DNA of 38,382 nucleotides from positions 1 through 38,382 of the forward strand of contig LT649318.1 of NCBI GenBank assembly GCA_900128395.1. Reading direction: 5' to 3'. A program made the position numbers and the translations under genes. Shown here one piece after another: positions 34,688-38,382 of this stretch (its first letter is position 1; every line of letters begins with the position of its first letter). The notes under the pieces were generated by a model. The model was not told where the DNA came from. It did no database searches and saw nothing but the letters and a program-made list of their open reading frames with translations. This DNA comes from Stramenopiles sp. TOSAG23-2 (Eukaryota).

Positions 34688-37387
34688 TTAAAAATTCCAC
34701 CCTTCCAATTCTTTCTCTTTGGAAATTAATGCATTATCAAATACTATTCGTGGTATATCAAGGTATCTAATGACGGTTGCGATGCAAAATGCTACAAAAT
34801 ATGTCGACATATAGTATGGCCATAATTGGAAAATTGTTGTATAATCAAATTGATCAATTGAAAAGGCAGTTATCGAAGATAAAATAAAGGTGCTGACGAA
34901 TAGTAATGGAAACCATTTAAATGTGGGTGGTTTTTGCGTACATGCAACTAGTAGAGGCAAACTTTGTGCAAACATTCGTTGACTAATAGTAGCAAATGCT
35001 GTTGTAACTATAGGCAATCCCTCAGTAATCCCATAATACTTAACAACCCATGGCCTAATGCTCATATAAATGGTAAATACTATCAAGGTATGACATGCAC
35101 GGTATTCAAGTCGATATTTGGCATACTTTTTCCTGCTCCAAGAATGTTGTACATATCCTTCCATCCCGATCGTCACAAGAATCGATAGGAACGACCCTAA
35201 TGAAAATATCATGGAATACCCTGCTTGATATGAGAAAAACATTTCTAACAACGTGATCCCTACCCCCATTTTGTAAAAAGATCTATCCCTTTTATACGGG
35301 TCCATGAAATATCCAAACATTAAGATATAATTGCTGAATGGAAGTAAAAAGCACAGAGCATATTGCAACATTTCTGCATAAGGCAATGGATCTCTAACTT
35401 TAGTAAAATAATCATTAGGTCCGTACGAAAGCATTTCTGTCCCTTTATCAGCAGCAATTGTCGATAAATATGAAATCTTATCGTTACATGAAGCCTCTCC
35501 TGCAAATATGGAACATGCTCGAATCGATATGTCAGTGAAACCAAGGCCTTCTATTATATTAAAACACCCACGGAAATATGGATCAGTTTTAACCGTTGTG
35601 CTCCTTGATGAATTTGGTATAAAAACGCAGAAACACAAAATGTATATCGAAAATAATAATTGGTTGCGTACTTTGAAATGTGGTAATGCATTTTTAATAT
35701 GAGTGAAAGCTCTTGAATATATTGTAGTCTTTGCACCATCTTCGATATCGAACATATCTAAATCGTCATCAAGCTGATTCTTGAAATTTGATCGTAGGAA
35801 AGATCCTTCAATATTATTATTACCATTGTAACTATTGCTTCCACCATTCGCATTATCGTTATTGCTGCTATTGCTAAAAGTATCATTGCCGTCAGAGTTA
35901 GCATCGGTGTTATGATCATAACGATTACTACTATCATCAAAATTTGATATTCTTGCTTTCTTATTTGAATATGATTTCTTTTTTACAATATCAAAATCAA
36001 CACTATTTGATTCTCCAACTTGTGAAAGAAATCCATCCTTTGCAATTAATTTAAATTTGTATTTACCAATTGTAAAATCATTTAAATCAATAGCAAAATA
36101 TGCTGACGTACCAGTCTTTTCATTTCCATGCAACGTATCTACTGCTTTCCTTTCTGCTATCAAACCCGTTTTCGGGTCTACTTTTTCCAAAACACCATGC
36201 GACATGAAATCACTATCCCATATACCATTTATAGTAATTAAACTGTAAAAGTTAATCTCCTGCTTTTCAATTAAATTTGGCACCAAATTTTCAACATGCA
36301 TATCTGACATGCCATCAAATTCATCATCGAAACCATGAAATTCGCTGTTTAAATAATCATTATCTAAACTATCACTGTCACTTGTAACATACGAAGAGCT
36401 TGAATCATGTTCTTCTTCCGTAGAATTGGATTGAGAAGATCCACCATTTGCAGTAAATGATTCAAAGCCATTTTGCAGTAATGACCTGACACTAAATGTA
36501 GTTTCAAGTACATCATTTCGCCATGTGTGCTCTTGAAGCTCTTTTGCTTTCTTAAATTCGTCATTAGCTTGGACAAAACCATTGAAACCTAGAAAAGTTT
36601 TGATCATACTAACCATGTCTTGCACATCTTTTTCACGCTTGATTGAGTTGATTTTTTTGGTCACCTTACCTGTAGTAATAATAGTATCTTCATCTGATAT
36701 TTTGCTATTACCTATATGAAAATCATCATTTTTGAGTGTTTCTTCTTCGATCTCTTTTCTTTCTTCTACACCTTGCATCATACGCATACCGGATGTATCA
36801 CGCATAGTCGGCATATATTCATTTTGCTCCTTCATTTTCTTGTTAAGTATATGATTACTAGTAGTAGTAGTCGTAATATTAGTACCACCACCACCAGTTG
36901 TGCTATCTTCTCTACCTGCTGTATTATTATTATTATTATTATTCAAACGATGCTTACCAAGGATTGACTCAGAACTCTTGTTTATTGTTTTCGTATTTGC
37001 TATTTCATCTACTTTGCTAATATCTGCTTTCTTTTTACACTTTTGTTTCCAAGATTCTAACCAAAGTTCTAAAAACTTGACAACTTGCACTTTATCTTTA
37101 GTGGAAGTGAAAGGTAAATATCGATTTACATAAAGATCTTTGTATTTTTTTCCAAAGTTCTCAGGAAAGCATATACTACCCGTATGAGGATCAATCCGAG
37201 CACTTTTCCTGAAAACAGATGCAACTTTACTGGCATCTTCTGGAGTGCAATATGCTGACCCGATTCTTAATGGAAATCCATGAAATCGTATTTTTACACC
37301 AAACCTTTTCAACGTTGCATTTCCACGCGTTCTTGTAACATTTGACGGAAGTTGATGCTTTGTATTTTTTCTACCTGATTTTTTCAT
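34688..37387 (-). CDS. 899-aa protein: N-terminal AP2/ERF-like segment, disordered region, Ig-like segment, C-terminal ~7-8 TM domain
   Basis: LPSNV...KRFGVKIRFHGFPLRIGSAYCTPEDASKVASVFR resembles the AP2 three-strand-plus-helix pattern. GKYKFKLIAKD...GESNSVDFDIV is beta-sandwich-like. Multiple hydrophobic helices occur in the last ~325 aa. The ORF itself is secure; the domain calls are tentative. Confidence 0.7.
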   Translation of the reverse strand: MKKSGRKNTKHQLPSNVTRTRGNATLKRFGVKIRFHGFPLRIGSAYCTPEDASKVASVFRKSARIDPHTGSICFPENFGKKYKDLYVNRYLPFTSTKDKVQVVKFLELWLESWKQKCKKKADISKVDEIANTKTINKSSESILGKHRLNNNNNNNTAGREDSTTGGGGTNITTTTTSNHILNKKMKEQNEYMPTMRDTSGMRMMQGVEERKEIEEETLKNDDFHIGNSKISDEDTIITTGKVTKKINSIKREKDVQDMVSMIKTFLGFNGFVQANDEFKKAKELQEHTWRNDVLETTFSVRSLLQNGFESFTANGGSSQSNSTEEEHDSSSSYVTSDSDSLDNDYLNSEFHGFDDEFDGMSDMHVENLVPNLIEKQEINFYSLITINGIWDSDFMSHGVLEKVDPKTGLIAERKAVDTLHGNEKTGTSAYFAIDLNDFTIGKYKFKLIAKDGFLSQVGESNSVDFDIVKKKSYSNKKARISNFDDSSNRYDHNTDANSDGNDTFSNSSNNDNANGGSNSYNGNNNIEGSFLRSNFKNQLDDDLDMFDIEDGAKTTIYSRAFTHIKNALPHFKVRNQLLFSIYILCFCVFIPNSSRSTTVKTDPYFRGCFNIIEGLGFTDISIRACSIFAGEASCNDKISYLSTIAADKGTEMLSYGPNDYFTKVRDPLPYAEMLQYALCFLLPFSNYILMFGYFMDPYKRDRSFYKMGVGITLLEMFFSYQAGYSMIFSLGSFLSILVTIGMEGYVQHSWSRKKYAKYRLEYRACHTLIVFTIYMSIRPWVVKYYGITEGLPIVTTAFATISQRMFAQSLPLLVACTQKPPTFKWFPLLFVSTFILSSITAFSIDQFDYTTIFQLWPYYMSTYFVAFCIATVIRYLDIPRIVFDNALISKEKELEGWNF

Positions 37388-37740
37388 AGTTACTGCTGTT
37401 GGAAAATTTACTTATTGTTGTTGCAGTACTGTTTTTCACCTATGAATATAATAATATATCTGATAAATAATGTTATGTACTTGCGTGCTTCAATATTAAT
37501 CAATAGAAGAAATGAATTGTTTATTTTGAGTATATCTTCTCTTGTTGTATAAATATGTTGTATGTAAGTTTTGACAGTAGCTTCTACCTACATGTACATT
37601 GATCATCTGCATGTATAAATAATAGTTGTGTGATGATTGGTAGGTAAGAGGTAGAGGTGGATTGATGAAGATAATAGTCCACAAATTCACCTGCTATTTA
37701 AATGCTATAATAAACATGAAAATTTGATGATATTTTGTGT

Positions 37741-37835
37741 AGGTAGGCCTTCCAGGCCTTACCAGGCTTGGTAGATCTAGCCAGCTAGAACGGATCCTCC
37801 CTCTAGGCCTTGCGTGCTTGCCACTTGCCAGGCTT
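37741..37835. promoter_or_regulatory. GC-rich AGGCCT/CCAGG/CTAG patch ~350-450 bp upstream of the 899-aa gene
   Basis: aggccttccaggccttaccaggcttgg...ctagccagctag...cttgccacttgccaggctt. 37824-37835 is the exact reverse complement of 24819-24830 (aagcctggcaag). Confidence 0.45.
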
Positions 37836-37964
37836 TTATTGGTATCTAATACTATAGTGCTTTATTAGCAACTGCTGTTCCATTTGTAATTCCATCAATT
37901 TTTTCTAAATCAGATTCATTAATTATAATATCAGCATTTCCTATTTATAAAACTACTCCCTGCT

Positions 37965-38146
37965 ACCAGTAGTGTTTGTAAATTTTCGTCTCGTGCTCTC
38001 CGAATGACATAGAACCAGATGTCCATATATTGGCTAATGTCAAATTTCCTATTGTTGAACCAGTAGCTATTAATAGTAGCTGATACAGTTGATGAAAAGG
38101 TTCCAGTTCCTGTTACACTTAATAAATTACCAGATGCCAATGTTCC
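37965..38146 (-). pseudogene. Frameshifted fragment of a Ser/Thr/Gly-rich repeat protein gene
   Basis: Joining frames gives GTLASGNLLSVTGTGTFSSTVSA / ATGSTIGNLTLAN..TSGSMSFG / DENL / TTG. This resembles a 'GSTIGNLTLANGSITDSSGAISFGDENLSTTG' repeat recalled from memory from marine sequences, not from a search. Confidence 0.55.
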
Positions 38147-38354
38147 GCTGGGAAGACTAGAAGACTCTCTGTGCTGCATGCTGCATGCTGCACTAGCACT
38201 GCAGAGTTTGTTGGATATACAATAAGGTTTTTTAATATGAAGGAGATAGATTTATAAATTTAATCTTTTCTAGAGAGAGTCGTCTGACGACGCGAATATA
38301 TATAGATCTTTTTTTTTGTGCAGGGACGATGTTTTGAGTACACAGAGTATTAAT

Positions 38355-38371
38355 CCCCCCCCCCCCCCCCC
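38355..38371 (+). repeat. Poly-C homopolymer (17 nt)
   Basis: Run of 17 C, 11 bp from the window end. Confidence 0.9.
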
Positions 38372-38382
38372 ACCAAGTCTAT

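Noticed and set aside
37931-38179. 82-aa ORF as a functional gene
   Set aside because: The protein-like signal switches frames mid-ORF; it is better explained as a pseudogene fragment.
38355-38382. Telomere or G-quadruplex element at the right end
   Set aside because: A single C17 homopolymer without telomeric repeat units; more likely a simple repeat or an assembly breakpoint.

Overview
This is AT-rich, gene-dense eukaryotic nuclear DNA, probably from a marine protist. A stramenopile affinity is inferred from the thraustochytrid-type PUFA synthase and is not proven. The window holds 12 apparently intron-free protein genes: (1) the 3' part of a PfaA/OrfA-type PUFA synthase (ACP-KR-DH); (2) TBL2; (3) COMMD1; (4) a 1392-aa secreted EGF/VWD/lectin-like protein; (5) METTL9; (6) a ~3900-aa secreted PSI/IPT mosaic protein; (7) YIPF1/2; (8) a Pro-rich orphan; (9) a membrane-anchored GT-B-like protein; (10) a CID-domain protein; (11) a probable mitochondrial helical-repeat protein; (12) an AP2-like plus multi-pass membrane fusion protein. 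Five observations stand out. First, both giant secreted proteins have a nested domain-inside-domain architecture. Second, gene 12 is a candidate membrane-tethered transcription factor. Third, intergenic DNA shows two motif classes: TACG/CGTA clusters at gene 3' ends and AAGCCWGG/GGACAGC/CTAG patches upstream of 5' ends. Fourth, a PUFA synthase with homogenised 300-bp ACP repeats sits among housekeeping genes. Fifth, there is a frameshifted relic of a Ser/Thr/Gly-rich repeat gene near the right end. All domain calls were made by eye from motif recognition; no searches were run.
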